Source of the DNA: Octopus vulgaris
Taxonomy: Eukaryota
Reading direction: 5' to 3'
DNA: 64,000 nucleotides
Assembly (NCBI GenBank): GCA_951406725.2
Contig: OX597816.1
Location: 149,668,001 to 149,732,000, forward strand
Numbering within the stretch: position 1 is the first letter of the stretch; each line of letters begins with the position of its first letter. Under the pieces are notes generated by a model that saw nothing but the letters and a program-made list of their open reading frames with translations, searched no databases and was not told where the DNA came from. Shown one piece after another: positions 23,801-37,000 of the stretch. The position numbers and the translations under genes are program-made.

Positions 23801-24589
23801 TTGAAAGGCGATTAATTTTGTCGGTCAGAAACTATACACTACTATAGAAAGGGTCGACCCCACTCCTTTTTGGGGATAATAGATTCAAGGCTACATGTCC
23901 CTTTTGAATATGAAAAATAAAAAACCGATGAAAGAAGAATGATGTTTTACCGAAAGACAAATGTCTGGTAGGGTCTGAAATCGTGAGCTACGTGTCACGT
24001 TCGATCATATTGTGTTGATATCCGATGGTGCTGTTTTTGATTAAATAGGTACAAAATATGGGAGAATGGAATGTGATGTTTATAACTTTCAAAAGTGTCC
24101 TCTAGGAGCTTATTTCTGCTCTATGGCATTTTGTAACTGCTAATATTTTCATTACATAATCGAATATCATGTCATTTGGGTGATTTAATTTAAGTTTCTG
24201 TACTGTTAAACTGTCCCTCTATTGCTGGTAACTTTTCCAGAATCAGTATTACTTTCTAACAGCCAAATAAAGGAATCACATGAAACTAGGGGTTTCTTCA
24301 CTAAACATTTTGTGAATATTGTCAAATTGCTCATAATCTGGTTACCTGATATCTTTTTGGTACTAAATCTTCGAATCAAATCCTGTTTAATATTCAATAA
24401 AGGGATCATACATTTCTAGCCTTAATTCTTTAGTACACCATACTAAGCTTGGACATTATCATTTAAAGAGATATTGTTATAAGAAAACTGTTGATCTTAG
24501 CTTAACAATTCTTCACTTCTCTGGGATACATAAACTACCACCAATAATAACCCGAGATAAAATGACTAAAAATTAAATCCATCAGTTAC

Positions 24590-24858
24590 GACAAGGGTTT
24601 CATTTGATCTGATCAACAGAAAAGCCTGTTTGTGAAATTAACATGCTGGGCACTCCGTAGACATGTGTACTCTTAACATAGTTCTCACAGAATGTGACAA
24701 GGCTGCTCTTTGAAATGAAAGTACTACCAATTTTGGCTAGATGAGTGAACAGTAGCAACATGAAATAAAGTGTCTTGCTCAGGGACACACTAGGAATCGA
24801 ACTTGGGACCTTATGATTGCAAACCAAATACCTTAACCACTAATCCATGCATCTTCAC
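24590..24858 (-). mobile_element. tRNA-derived SINE
   Basis: Minus strand: A-box TAGTGGTTAAGG, B-box AGTTCGATTCC, then gtgtccctgagcaagacacttt. Same family as 38388-38650. Confidence 0.75.
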
Positions 24859-25619
24859 ACCAAATGACTAAAATTAGGTTATATGTGGGTCACCACTGAA
24901 CAATTGATTGAAATGTCTTTTTCTCTGGACTTGCTGGATCATCATCATTTAACATTCGCTTTCCATGCTGGCATTGGTTGGATGGTTTGATAGGAGCTGG
25001 TCAAATGGAGAGCTGCCCCATCTCTGTTTTGGGATGGTTTCTATAGTTGGATGCCCTTCCTGACACACCAGCCACTTTACAGAGTGTACTGGGTGCTTTT
25101 ATGCAGCACCTGCACAAGTGCTTTTACGTGGTACCAGCTTCCATGAGCTCACAAGATTAGGAATGCTCAGCTGAAGAGGGATGCAGGGGACATACCTGTA
25201 TGCAAAGACAATCATGTATTTACTTAATTTGACATGTCTTCTCAAGCACAGCAAACTGCCAGGAGTGAGGAGAAAGCTTGATACCATAAATGACTCTTGA
25301 AGTTGTTATAATTTCTTATTGAGAAATCCTAATTCATCATCATTTCATGTCCTTTTTCCATGCTGGAAGGGTTGATGGGATTCAGTGGTATGGAGGACCA
25401 CATCATATTCCACTGTCTCAGTTTAGGTATGGTTTCAACAGCTGCATGTCCTTCCTATTGTCTATTTTACAGAGTGTAGTAGCTGCTTTTTTCATGGCAC
25501 TTATAACTTGCAAGACTAAAGTGTCCCCCTTGACTTAGAGAATAGGAGAGAGGGAGATGGCTTTATGTGAGATGTTGAGTTGTTTAAGACCCCACAATAT
25601 ATATATATATATATGTGTT

Positions 25620-26390
25620 GAGCCTGAGGCTGTGTGGGAAGATGAATGGAGGCATATCGTTGCCGTCACTAGTGATCACTCCAGACACCATGATGTTGAC
25701 TGGATGTTTGATTTTTATCACTCTCAGTACATGTTTTGAGTACACGGCAAGCCAATGGTTGTTCTTTATGTTCACCATCTGATCCTGGCTGAAATTTTTC
25801 TCGTCTGAGAAAAACTAAAGCATATTCAGTTGGAGGGGATGCTTGAGTTTGTTCAAAAGCTTTGTAGTGTGGTCTTTCCTCTTGTCCTTGATGGCTTGGG
25901 ATAAAAATTGGCCCTCTCTCATGAGGAATACCAAATGCCTTCTTGCACTACCTGCCTGATAAAAAACTCAGATACTCCTTTTCCTTGGCAATGGACCTGA
26001 TTGGCTTGGAGGGATTATTGTCAATCATGGCCTGGATCTCACCAACAAATTCAGGAGCTCTTTTCTTATCAGAATGAGTTTTCCAAGTTGCCATACCTTC
26101 ATAATCACCATTAGACTCATCTAACTCTTTCCGAATCCTCTGCGCTGTCCTCAGATTGACACCCAAACACTTTGTAATGTTTGTATTGGAGCTTCTGGCA
26201 TGAGTGTCAAGCAGTACAGCATGTCATTTCCAAATTTCTGGCAGAGTAAATTGCATCATGGTACTGTTTTTCTCACAGATGGTGCCCAACTGACCCTACT
26301 ATACTGTGTAGTTGACAAAATCAAAAGCAAACAATGTGCATGCATAAAATTAAAAATATAAAATGGTGACAATTTACCCATCGCATCCTG
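25620..26390 (-). mobile_element. Truncated Tc1/mariner-superfamily transposon (DD37D/maT-like)
   Basis: GVNLRTAQRIRKEL...IQAMIDNNPSKPIRSIAK (HTH) and KHPVNIMVSGVITSDGNDMPPFIF fragments. One TIR-like end CAGGATGCGATGGGTAAATTGTCACC at ~26390. Confidence 0.7.
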
Positions 26391-26392
26391 TT

Positions 26393-26431
<39 letters not shown>

Positions 26432-26760
26432 TCATTGTTACCAGCGTCGCCTTACTGGCACTTGTGCCAGTGACATGTGAAAAAACATTTGAGTGAGGTT
26501 GTTGCCAGTGCTGCTGGACTGGCTCTTGTGCAGGTGGCATGTAAAAAACACCATTTGAGTGTGGCCGTTGTCAGTACCGCCTGACTGGCCCTCGTGCTGG
26601 TGGCACTTAAAAGCACCCACTACACTCTCGGAGTGGTTGGCGTTAGGAATGGCATCCAGCTGTAGAAACTCTGCCAGATTAGATTGGAGCCTGGTGCAGC
26701 CATCTGGTTCGCCCATCCTCAGTCAAATCATCCAACCTGTTAAACGATGATGATGATGAT
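26432..26760 (+). mobile_element. RTE-tail repeat (LINE 3' UTR / SINE-like copy)
   Basis: aaagcacccactacactctcggagtggttggcgttagg...gcatccagctgtagaaac...(gat)n tail. Confidence 0.8.
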
Positions 26761-27299
26761 ATTCACCATGTTGGACCACTGAAGTCAACATGTTTTTTTC
26801 ATTCTCTCTCTATTATTTCCTCCTATTCCTTTCTTTCAAAGAGCGTAGGCTTGAAGCATAAAAGACTTTTCCTACATCTGTCTTTGTTTTCCTATAAATT
26901 TGAACTATAACTATCTATCTGTCTATCTTTCTATCTATATATGGGTGAGTAGGGTTGGATGGAGTGGTAGCAGAAAGAGAGATAAAGATGATGGGATGAG
27001 GCAACAGAGCATACCCTGAAGGTAACATGTCCAAAAAAGTGAAGAGAAGAAAGCACAGAAGTGTGGAGATATAAGGATTAGTAAGGGTGGGCGTATGGAG
27101 GGAAAGTGAGTGAAATGATAGAAATAGGGATTGAGGTGGTCAAAGATATTTAGGAGTGAATGGTTAACGAGGATGTGGGTGGTCAACAGTAAATATGAGT
27201 TAGTGGTAAGAATGAGGAATGTCAAAAAAAAAAAATATATAGGAACTGGCTTAGAAGAGAGAGGATAATAACTGGCATTACAGAAAGAGTGATGATATA

Positions 27300-29424
27300 T
27301 GTAGTGATCCTAATTAAGGCATTGTAATTCATTAGAGAATATTTTGTAATCCCTGATTTCTTGTACTAAAAGTTAAAAATAGAAATTGTAAATATTTCCG
27401 TCTTGTGGGCAGATCTATTATTCCCTGCTCAAAGAATTCCTGTCTTTATTGGTGAAAAACTTTCCAGGTGTATTTTTACATCCACTTCAGAGTTGAAGGT
27501 CTGTTAATTCAATGAATTTTGAAGAGATTGAAACTAGTGGAAATTTGAAGGTACAAGGTTGGGCAAGTATGGAGGTGTAGTGAAACTCCCCAGCCAAGCC
27601 CCATTAACTTCTGCCACATCTGCAAAAAAGTGTGCAGTCTGACATTATCATGATGAAAGACAATACTCTTATGATTAGCAAGTGCTGGACACTTCTGGTG
27701 GATCACTGCTTTTAGTTTGTCCAGCTGGTGGTCACAGTATGCATTCAAATTGATAGACCTGTTGTGGGAAGAAGCTCATAAATGGCAACACCCGTCTAAT
27801 CTTGCCAAATTGAAAGCATAATAATCTTCTTTGGGTGAAGTCCTGCTTTGGAGGTTGTCTGTGCTGATTCATTACACTTTCTTTATGATTATTTGCACTT
27901 CATGTTGTTATAAATGTTCCATTTTTCATCTTCTGTCACCATTCTCTTAAAAAAAAAATGGGATTGTTTTCTTCATGTTTCTGCAACAAATCACAGATGG
28001 AAATTTGTTGAGCAAAGTGAACCACACTCAACTGATGTGGGACCCAAACATCAAGCCTACTGATGTAACCAAGTTGATGCAAATGGTTTTCAGCACTCAA
28101 TCTGAATATCTGGGGAATATTTACAATCATTCTTATTGTATTATGGGGTTTGGTGTTACTATTAATTTCATTTGGCTGGCTAGAGTGAGGTGCATCTTGC
28201 ACTGGAAAATTTCTCATCAAAATCTTGAAAACCACCTGACACATTCCATAACAGCATCCTCTCTGTACATAGCACATATCTTCCTGCAGGCTTCCGCTGC
28301 TTTCTTGCTTTTTTTAAAATAAAAAAGTATGAGGTGTCAATAATGTTCGTTCCTGTTCTCCATTTTTAGAATGATCCCAAGCTCACAAAATACAACCTGT
28401 CTCATTGTAAGTTTGCATTGAACTACATTGAAGTGTCAAGTATCTAACAAGTGCACATGTGCAAGAGACAAATTGAAGTTGTAGAATGACTGTGCAAAGG
28501 AGAGGTGATGAGATTGGCTCCTTTAATACATCTCACGGTCGATTACAATAAATACGAAAAGGTATAAATGAGTATGAGTGCCAGCAGGAAAAAGAGGCGA
28601 CACAACCGGTAGAATGTTAAGAGAAGATTTTATTGATAGGTTAATATGTGTGTCTGTGTGTGCGTCATATATGCAATATAATAGACAGGCCGTCATGTAT
28701 ACAAAGTGTATGTGTACAAACAAGGATGTATGTGTGTGCGATAAGTAGCATTGAAAGAGTCTATAATAGGACACTAGAAGAATGTTCAGACGCAATGATA
28801 ATAAATACCAGTTCATAGTCCAGATACATGATAGTTAAAGTGCTGTAACAAGAAGTTGAGGCGAAGTAGCAGAGCCTGTGTGGTACGTGTTGTACGAAGT
28901 GGTGGCTACAATGCTGCTGCTGGGTTACTTGGTACAAGAGTTCTTGCAAGTTGTGTTTGCTGTTAGCCATGGTGAAGTAATTCACAAACAGTGTTGAGAT
29001 GAACCTGTGTGACGGTTGATGTGTATGTAGAGAGATGTTGTTGACAAAATTGATAGCCGTATGCTGTTGGACGAATGTTGATAAGTCTCCATGTAGCTGC
29101 TGTGGTCTGTTGTTGCTGGAACTGGCTGTGTCCTGTGTGGTCGGTGGCTAGACCTAAAAGGGTCTGGAACCAACTGACTTCGACTCGGTGTTGAAGCTAG
29201 CATTTTATACCACGCTATTGGCTCACCGGAATGCTTGGAAGAGACTGTCTCACGTGACCTTATCAGAAGGCTGTGATTGGTTGGGCTGCACATTGGCGCA
29301 TAATAGAATAGTGGACACAACAGGGTCCAAAAGGGCAGCCGAAGGCTAGCTGTTATCTACTACATCCGTACTCATGCATATATAACGGAGAAAAACTAAA
29401 CAGACTAGTTGGCTCACTCAATAT
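27300..29424 (-). mobile_element. Decayed mariner transposon interrupted by an insertion at ~28506-29364
   Basis: HLHQLGYISRLDVWVPHQL (WVPHEL motif) and IVFHHDNVRLH (DNARPH motif). Candidate 5' TIR TATTGAGTGAGCCAAC at ~29409-29424. Left boundary approximate. Confidence 0.8.
28506..29364 (-). mobile_element. Putative solo LTR or LTR-like insertion (~860 bp)
   Basis: TG...CA ends. On the minus strand: CCAAT boxes (~29280, ~29221), TATAAAA (~29209), AATAAA (~28634). CpG-rich relative to flanks. No target-site duplication found. Confidence 0.45.
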
Positions 29425-29821
29425 TTAAATGAAAGTTTAAAAAGAAAGCAAAGCATTTTCTCATATAAACAAATTCACTCCTGAATGTTAAGAAACTATA
29501 AAATTAACAAAGAAACATTGGTTAAATTTAGTGCACGGCTTTATTAATACAAAGCTAAATGTTGGGGAGCAAAATCTCATTTGTCTATCTAGTTGACATT
29601 AATTATTTCATCTTTGTTTTGCTTCAGTTCACAGAATAATTTATAACAAATAGAACAAAAAAAAACCCACTGTATTATCTTGAACGAAAGTATTGAAATA
29701 TTTTTCAATCCTGTTCCACTTACAGTGGTAACAGAAACACTAAAAAACAAAACAAACTACTTTTCCCATTGGGGAAAAAGAAAATAAAGGGGACTTAATT
29801 TGCTTTTGGTATATAGGTATT

Positions 29822-30110
29822 TCATCATCATCATCATTTAACGACCGCTTTCCATGCTAGCATGGGTTGGACGATTTTGACTGAGGACTGGCAAACCAAA
29901 TGACTGCACCTGGCTCCAATCTTGATCTGGCAGAGTTTCTACAGCTGGATGCTCTTCCCAACGCCAACCACTCCGAGAGTGTAGTGGGTGCTTTTTACGG
30001 GCCACTGGCACGGGGGCCAGTCAGGCGGTACTGGCAATGACCTCGCTCGAATCTTTTTACACGTGCCAGTGAAGCGACGTTGGTAACGATCACGCTCGAA
30101 TGGTGCCCTA
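29822..30110 (-). mobile_element. RTE-tail repeat copy
   Basis: (cat)n ttaacg..cgctttccatgctagcatgggttggacg...; CpGs largely retained. Confidence 0.8.
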
Positions 30111-30504
30111 TAAACAATAATTGTTGAGAGTACTGTTTTGTACAGTCTGCTGCATTTAAGTTAGACTTTCTTCATCCTGATTTCAAATGCTATCGGGGTT
30201 AATTTCTGTTGAACTTGATGAAAGCTCAATAAAATTAGTACCTGATGTTTATATGCAGTTTTCATTTGGTGTCAAACCTAACAAATCTGTAGAGATAGCT
30301 AAAACAGTAGAATGCTGGCTTTTATGATTTATTACATCTAGTTTTAGATTACACAGTTTTGTGTTCAAATCAAATCTAGTTAGGAGTTCAGATAAGTAGT
30401 GAGATCAGTTATATTAACTATATTTCTTCCTCAGTTTGAAGTCTCTGTTATTGCTGCTTAAGGGATACCATCAACAACAAGCTATTCTCTTCAGTTGTAA
30501 TTTT

Positions 30505-30710
30505 CGTTTCAAATTTTGGTACTAGTCCAGCTATTCTGGGGGAGGGGGCAAGTTAATGACCAGTGCTCAACTGATACTTATTTTAACAACCCTGAAAAGA
30601 TGAAAGGTAAAGTCAACCTTGGCAGAATTTGAACTTAGAACATAAAGATAGATGAAATGCCATAAAGCATTTTGATGGTGTGCTAATGATTCTGCCAGCT
30701 TGCTGCCTTC
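30505..30710 (-). mobile_element. tRNA-derived SINE with MetaSINE-like core (another copy at ~35665-35870)
   Basis: Minus strand: ggcagcaagctggcagaatcattagc (A box)...aagttcaaattc (B box)...cctttcatcttttcagggttgttaaaataagtatcag. Confidence 0.6.
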
Positions 30711-31589
30711 CCTTCCATTGTAATTTTGAAATTTCTTACCTTTTTAGAAAATATTGTTACTGTAGATGTTGGTTCTTCAGAAGTCAAAAATATAAGTACT
30801 AGCCAAGTACTGAGTACAGTTGACATTACTTGTGCCTATTTAAGAAATTCTTTTAATCTTGTGCCTATTTAAGAAATCCTTTTTTAGTCTTTTTCATCTT
30901 ATGCTTGTCTAAGAAATCCTTTTTCAGTTTTTTCGTCTTGTGCCTATTTAAGAAATCCTTTTTTTTTTTTTGCTGAAGATATTTGACTTAATTAAAGCTT
31001 TGGACTACATGAATTACAGAATTTAATTTTAACTTTCAACAATTGCAGAATTAGATCAAGTCTGGGTTTGATTTAAGAAATAGTAAAACACTATGCTAAA
31101 TATATTGCAATATTTATTTTTATCATTATATCTTACTATTTTTCCTTTGCGTTTGTTCTTTTCATGTTGATATAATAAGTACCAATAACATACTGGTACT
31201 CTCTTCTGACTGTGCCTTAGAAGGAGGCTCATGAGAGAAACTTGCCAAATACCAGGTGCTGGTAGAGCAGAAACCAGGGCTGGCAGGCATTTTGAGAGGC
31301 AATTGAAATGGGCTACCAGGGTTTTGTGGAGCATTCTTTCTACAGACTCTGACTGGGCTTGGGTTTACAGGTGCAGCAAAGAGAAGGACCATCTACAGAA
31401 AAGGCCATTGGGTGATTTGCTGCTACTGGAATGCAAGCTGGGACTTGGTCAACTGGGCAAAGAGGTCTGATGTTGAAAGACCCAGAATTTTTTGAAACCT
31501 CAGAAACATCACTTATGATGCATCCTAGAGCATCCATGACATGTATCTTGGAACCAAACTTTGCTTCCAAAATTTATGTCTTGTTAAAA

Positions 31590-31830
31590 CAATATCATTA
31601 ATGAGGGTTCACAATGTGTATAGTGAAGAATTCAGGGTACAAGTAGGGGTTCATCAATGATCAATCCTCAGCCCCCTCTTGTTCATCATAGTCCTCCAGG
31701 CAATAACAAAGGAATTCAAAATAGGCTGCCCCTGGGAGCTCCTTATAGCTGAATCACTACCAGAACTAGAGAAGAAGCAAGGTCTATAATTGAAGGGCCT
31801 TAGTGTTAACCTAGCAAAAACCATTCAAAT
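31590..31830 (+). mobile_element. RTE LINE RT fragment
   Basis: SEEFRVQVGVHQ*SILSPLLFIIVLQAITKEFKIGCPWEL. Confidence 0.75.
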
Positions 31831-32323
31831 TCTGCTGGGATTGACTTTTTCAATGAAATAAGTACCAAAAGGTAAAGTTGATTTAGGCGACTGTAGTCTC
31901 CTTCAAAATGTGTAGCCTTGTGCCTTTGTTAGAAATTAGTGCATCTATGATATTCTGGATTAGTTTCTATGTAGAAAGCATATTGAACAATTTTTATATT
32001 ATTCAACGTAATTCTTTAATGATTAAGGTTTGAAAACTGCTCATAGATATCGTTCTTGTAACAGATGTTCATTTTGTTGATGGTTCTCATATCTGATGTT
32101 TTACTGTAGGTTTTAACAACTGTTCACTTGAATGTATGTATGTAAGGCATGGCTGTGTGATAAAGAAGTTTGCTTCCCCAATATACAGCTTCAAGTTCGG
32201 TCCAATCATGTAGTACCTCGGGCAAGTGTCTTCTACTATATCCTGGGGCTGACAAAAACCATGTGAGTGGATTTGGTAAACAAGCTGAAAGAAGCCCATT
32301 CTATATGTTTTTATGCATATATA

Positions 32324-33767
32324 CACCCAGAACCATGCTAATAGCATAGAAGTGAAATTTAGGATTTCTCGGTTTTCTGTGAATCGATTTTGATAAAACT
32401 TTTCCCAGCTGGTTTGTGTACTATGCCAACATCATTGTTATGTTTTCATTATTCTGTGTAACATCCTTTCTTTTTTATTTCAAATTCTTCAGTTTTTGGG
32501 TGAACCATGCTAATAGCTTTTGAATAAAAATAGCCCATCTAAACATTTTTTTTACAGAAAATGAAGGGTGAAGATACATATTAAGCATACATTGAGTATA
32601 TATTTAACAGAAAACCATAATAATAATATTATTGATACAATGAATTATTTAGGCATATGAGTGCCATATCGACAGATAACTTTAAAAACCCTATTAGTCA
32701 TGGAATCTGTCAATTTCTTAATAGTAGCAGGTTGGACTGCCTCTGCTGCAGCTTTGATGGTCACCCATAAGACATTTTTTGATGTAAATTGGCATCCATC
32801 GGCTTAAACATCTTATGGACCAAAGATTTTTGATAGGGTTGAGATCTGGAGATGATGACAGCCACACCATCAACCCTTCACCTTGTATGCCGTAAGACTC
32901 TAGTAGAAGTGACAGCAGTATGTCATTTAGCCAGGGATCCAAGACCTTCAGGAGATTGCAGTAGGCAGCTGCAGTCACTTTAACCCCTTCAGGCACCCTG
33001 ACTGGGCCAACAACTCTGTCCCCATGACCCATCCATCCTGTTTTTGACATTGTAAACATTGGTGATGCTCATCTCCGAAATAGACCCAACCATTTGCCCA
33101 ACCATCAGGCCTGTCAAAGGATGCTCTGGTTTCGTCAGTGAACAGAACACAGCTCATGCCTAATGTCATGTACTTTTGGGTCCATTGAAGTCTCAAAGTC
33201 CTGTGAGGAGGCAGTTTCAGGAGTTCTCGCATGGAAGCCATGGTCAAGAGGATACAATTTCTGGTGGTTTTCGGTACATGAGGAAATCCAGAGGCAGTGA
33301 GAAAGGCTTTGCTTGTTTGTCCAGGTTTACCACATAATTTGCAACCAATATTCCTTAAATCCCTAGCTGTCACAGTCTTGGAGGTCCCACAATCAAATCA
33401 TTTCTTCCTTGGTTTTCATGGAACTAAATAATTCATTGTGTCAATAAATTTTAGAATATTATTGTGGTTTTCTGTTAAATATATACTCAATGTATGCTTA
33501 ATAGGTATCATTACCTTCCATTTTATTGAAAAAAAAAAAAGAAATATCTAGATGAGCTATTTTCATTCAAAAGCTATTAGCATGGTTCACCCAAAAACTG
33601 AAGAAGAATCTGAAATAAGAAAGAAAGGATGTTGCACGGAATAATGAAAACATAACAATGGTGTTACCAGTGTGCAAACCAGATGGGAAAAGTCTTATCA
33701 AAATTGATTCACAGAAAACCAAGAAATCCTAAATTTCACTCCTAAGCTATTAGCATGGTTCTGGGTG
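32324..33767 (-). mobile_element. Tc1-family transposon with long (~230 bp) IR/DR-type TIRs, transposase disrupted
   Basis: TA at 32322-32323 and 33768-33769. TIRs begin CACCCAGAACCATGCTAATAGC, and each contains GAACCATGCTAATAGC twice. Transposase motifs VLFTDETR and SPDLNPIKNLW. Confidence 0.92.
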
Positions 33768-34005
33768 TATATATGTATATATGTACATATATACACATAT
33801 ATAGCAGGAAAGCCAAGAATAACATATAATGACGAGGCGATGAGAGCTTCGCCTAGTAAATTATTTTATTTGCTGAAGATTGCTTGAAACCATGGCACAG
33901 GAAATAGAGGGTAAATGTTTTTATTTTTCATTCCCTTTCGAAATTACCCCTAATAGTGGTTTGGAGTTGGTTTTCTAAATTTTTTTTTTGCTACTCTGGA
34001 ATTTA

Positions 34006-34047
<42 letters not shown>

Positions 34048-37000
34048 TAGTAGGGAGCATTGTCAAACACCTAGAAGAGCTGTGTGTACGCACGCACACG
34101 TGCACACACACACACGTTAGAATATTGCAGCTAATTGACAGTGTCTTTGGGTGCTAGATAGAATGCTTTCCAGTATTTCTTCCAATTCTCTGCATTCTGA
34201 GTTCATATCTGTCCAGGCCCAACTTTGTTTTCTATTCTTTTAGGGTTGATTAAAAAAAAAAAGTCCAGGTTGGTGGCTTAGCAGAACTGTCAGAGCATCA
34301 GGCTGTTTTGGCTCATTGCTTTCTGACAGCAATGCATGCAATGATACTGGTACCAAGTGATGTAGAGAGGGGAAATTTGCATGCATGAACAACTGTGTGT
34401 TTTTCACAAGACTAACAGTTGCCCATGTCTAACAGACTAACAGTTGCCATTTCCTAGATCAAAAATATATGATCAGTCATGACCAGAAGAGAGCTAATAT
34501 TTGTGTGTGTGTGTGTTGATGGTGCACATAGCTGAAAGGTAAAGCTCTTCACTTTGCTATCATTAGGCCATCTTGTGTAAGTATCATTTATCACAGCCTC
34601 AGATTAACCAAAGTGAATGAAATTGGGTAGAAAAATTGGAATCATGTCCTGTGGACAATATCTGTATTACAAAGTACCAGCCTTATCACATAGCATTTCA
34701 AGCTGATTCTGCATGCGAATTATGTGGAATCTCAGTTACTATGTTACTATTCAGTGAGTTGGCCTTTAAATTGATTGAACAACTGGAATACTCTTTGCTG
34801 AAACCAATGGAGGATTCATTTACTTATGTTCACTTAGTGTTTGTTTGGTTAAATAATTGTGTGTGTATGTGTCACTGAATTAATGTTTGTTTTTTAACAC
34901 TTTTACCACACATTTAAATAAATGACATCATGCTACTTACCAGCTGGACTTGAGTTTCTGGTCTTTAGTAAATAAATTAACAATGAGAGCTTGCTAATTT
35001 TTTATTTATTTTTTAAGCTAGATAAATACCAAAATGGAGTTCTAAAGTTTATGACCTGAAACTATACATGATTGAAGAGATGTTAAAAGACAAATGTTAT
35101 TTCATCATATACATCTTTAATCATTATCATTTACACCCCATTTTTCTTACCAGTATGTATGTGTTGGACCACACTTTTTGAGGCAGATTCCCCTTTAGTT
35201 GCCTCTTATGACATCTGGGATGTAGTGTAGCTATTCTAAATACTGTTTTACAATAATTTCTAACATAGGCATAAGGCCACAAATTTGGAGTAGGAAGGTA
35301 GTGATTAAATCAACCCCAGTACTAGACTGGTAATTCATTTTATTGACAGTATGACTTGAACTCAACATGTAGAGCCAGAACTAATAATAAAAAGTAAAGT
35401 TAGAATAAATAAAGCTACCAGCTTTTGCCTTTTGTACAAGAACCATCCTTCATTGCTACCATAGTCACTCTGTCCATGCAAACAACCAACTAATTGAATA
35501 TTTTAGCTAGTCTTTTACTGAATGTAAAGTAATTTGTCTCTAATCAATTGAACATCTGTTTCATTTGTGACACATTTCATAAGAAGGGAATATATTAAGT
35601 GAGAGAGAAATGTATGCGACGATAGATGTGATGGTTGGACTGGAAATCAAAAAATGATGATGATAATGGTTTCAAATTTTGGTACAGGGATAGCATTTTA
35701 TAATGGGAGGTGGAAGTCGATTACATCAACCTCAGTATTTGACTGGTATTTCAACCCTAAAATGATGAAAGGCTTAGTTGATCTTGGCAGAATTTGAAAT
35801 CAGAATGTAATGACAAATGAAATGCCACTAAGCATGTTGTCTGGTGTGCTAATGATTCAGCCAGCTACTTAGCAGCACATATAATATGGTTATACCGCAA
35901 GAAAGCAGAACTGTCATATCAGAGTCGAAAGCAATTAATGGGTTACAGGAGTCAAGAGTTGGAGGTGGGGGATGCCTGCTCTAACTCTAAAGAAATATAA
36001 AGTGTTATATAATATGCTAAAATTTCCAGTTTCATAGATATTAATCTGACTTTTTTCTGCATAGAAAATAATCAGATCAGATTTAAAGGTTTTGATGAAA
36101 GTGGTGGCAATTTAGTTTCTAAAAATAGTAAATCTTTAGATTTGGATTTTTGATTTAACTATTCAGTTGATACAATATTTAAAATAGTGAAGGTGGAGGG
36201 CTTTTTACAATGTAAAACGGATAAAGTTTAATAACTTTTATATATTTCAGGCACAAAGGTCCATCATCAGAAGTAAACAGTTAAGAAATGTTTGCCTACA
36301 TGGTCACTGATGTATGGACTAACATTTCTTGACTGTTTACTTCTGTTGCTAGGCATTTGTGCTTGAAATATATAAAGGGAAAATGTTACTGAGCTTTTCC
36401 TTTTTTGCATTGTAAGATCTCTCTCTCTCTCTCTCTCTCTCTTCACTGTATTGCTATTTTACTGCTTTATCACAATGCTTCAAGCAAGCTACAATGGTCA
36501 TTTGTTAAGTGTTCACTTGTTTAGTTTTCTCTTTTGTATGCTTTAGAATTTTGAATTGGTTAACAAAGATGTTCCTGATTTTATTTTGTTATATTCTTAT
36601 GGTTTATTTCTTTTATGCCTATTTATTTTGTAACCTCTTTAAATTTTGTAAGTTTTGTCTTATGCTTAACTGTTTGTAATTTCATTTAAAAAGCTACAAC
36701 AGTTGAACTCTGGCCTTTGAACCAAACCTTTAACAGGTTCAGCTGCTAAAGAGTAGGTTGATGGTTCAGATTGTCCATATTTGTTGTATGCTGTCAATCA
36801 GTGTATAAAGTATATGATTGCTTTAATTACAAATAGAGGAGTTAGAGTTGGTGTTAAAAGTTTTATATTCCAGCTCCACAGCTTTACAAGAATGTATACA
36901 TGTACTTTGACTTTGCTCTGTTTTCCTGGCATTGTACAGATGAAACAAATCTTTCCTTACACTTGAGACATTACTCTATCTCCATAACTTTCTTAAGAAA

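Noticed and set aside
24770-24858. tRNA gene
   Set aside because: The A/B boxes belong to a SINE head that continues into a repeat body, and no cloverleaf can be completed.
30829-30960. Four short repeats of cttgtgcctatttaagaaat
   Set aside because: Local slippage duplication at a SINE-like tail with no sign of function.
33872-33896. Minimal hammerhead ribozyme candidate (CTGAAGA...GAAAC)
   Set aside because: No stem II pairing and no GUH cleavage triplet after the putative stem III. The same applies to the CTGAAGACGGAAAC at ~63086.
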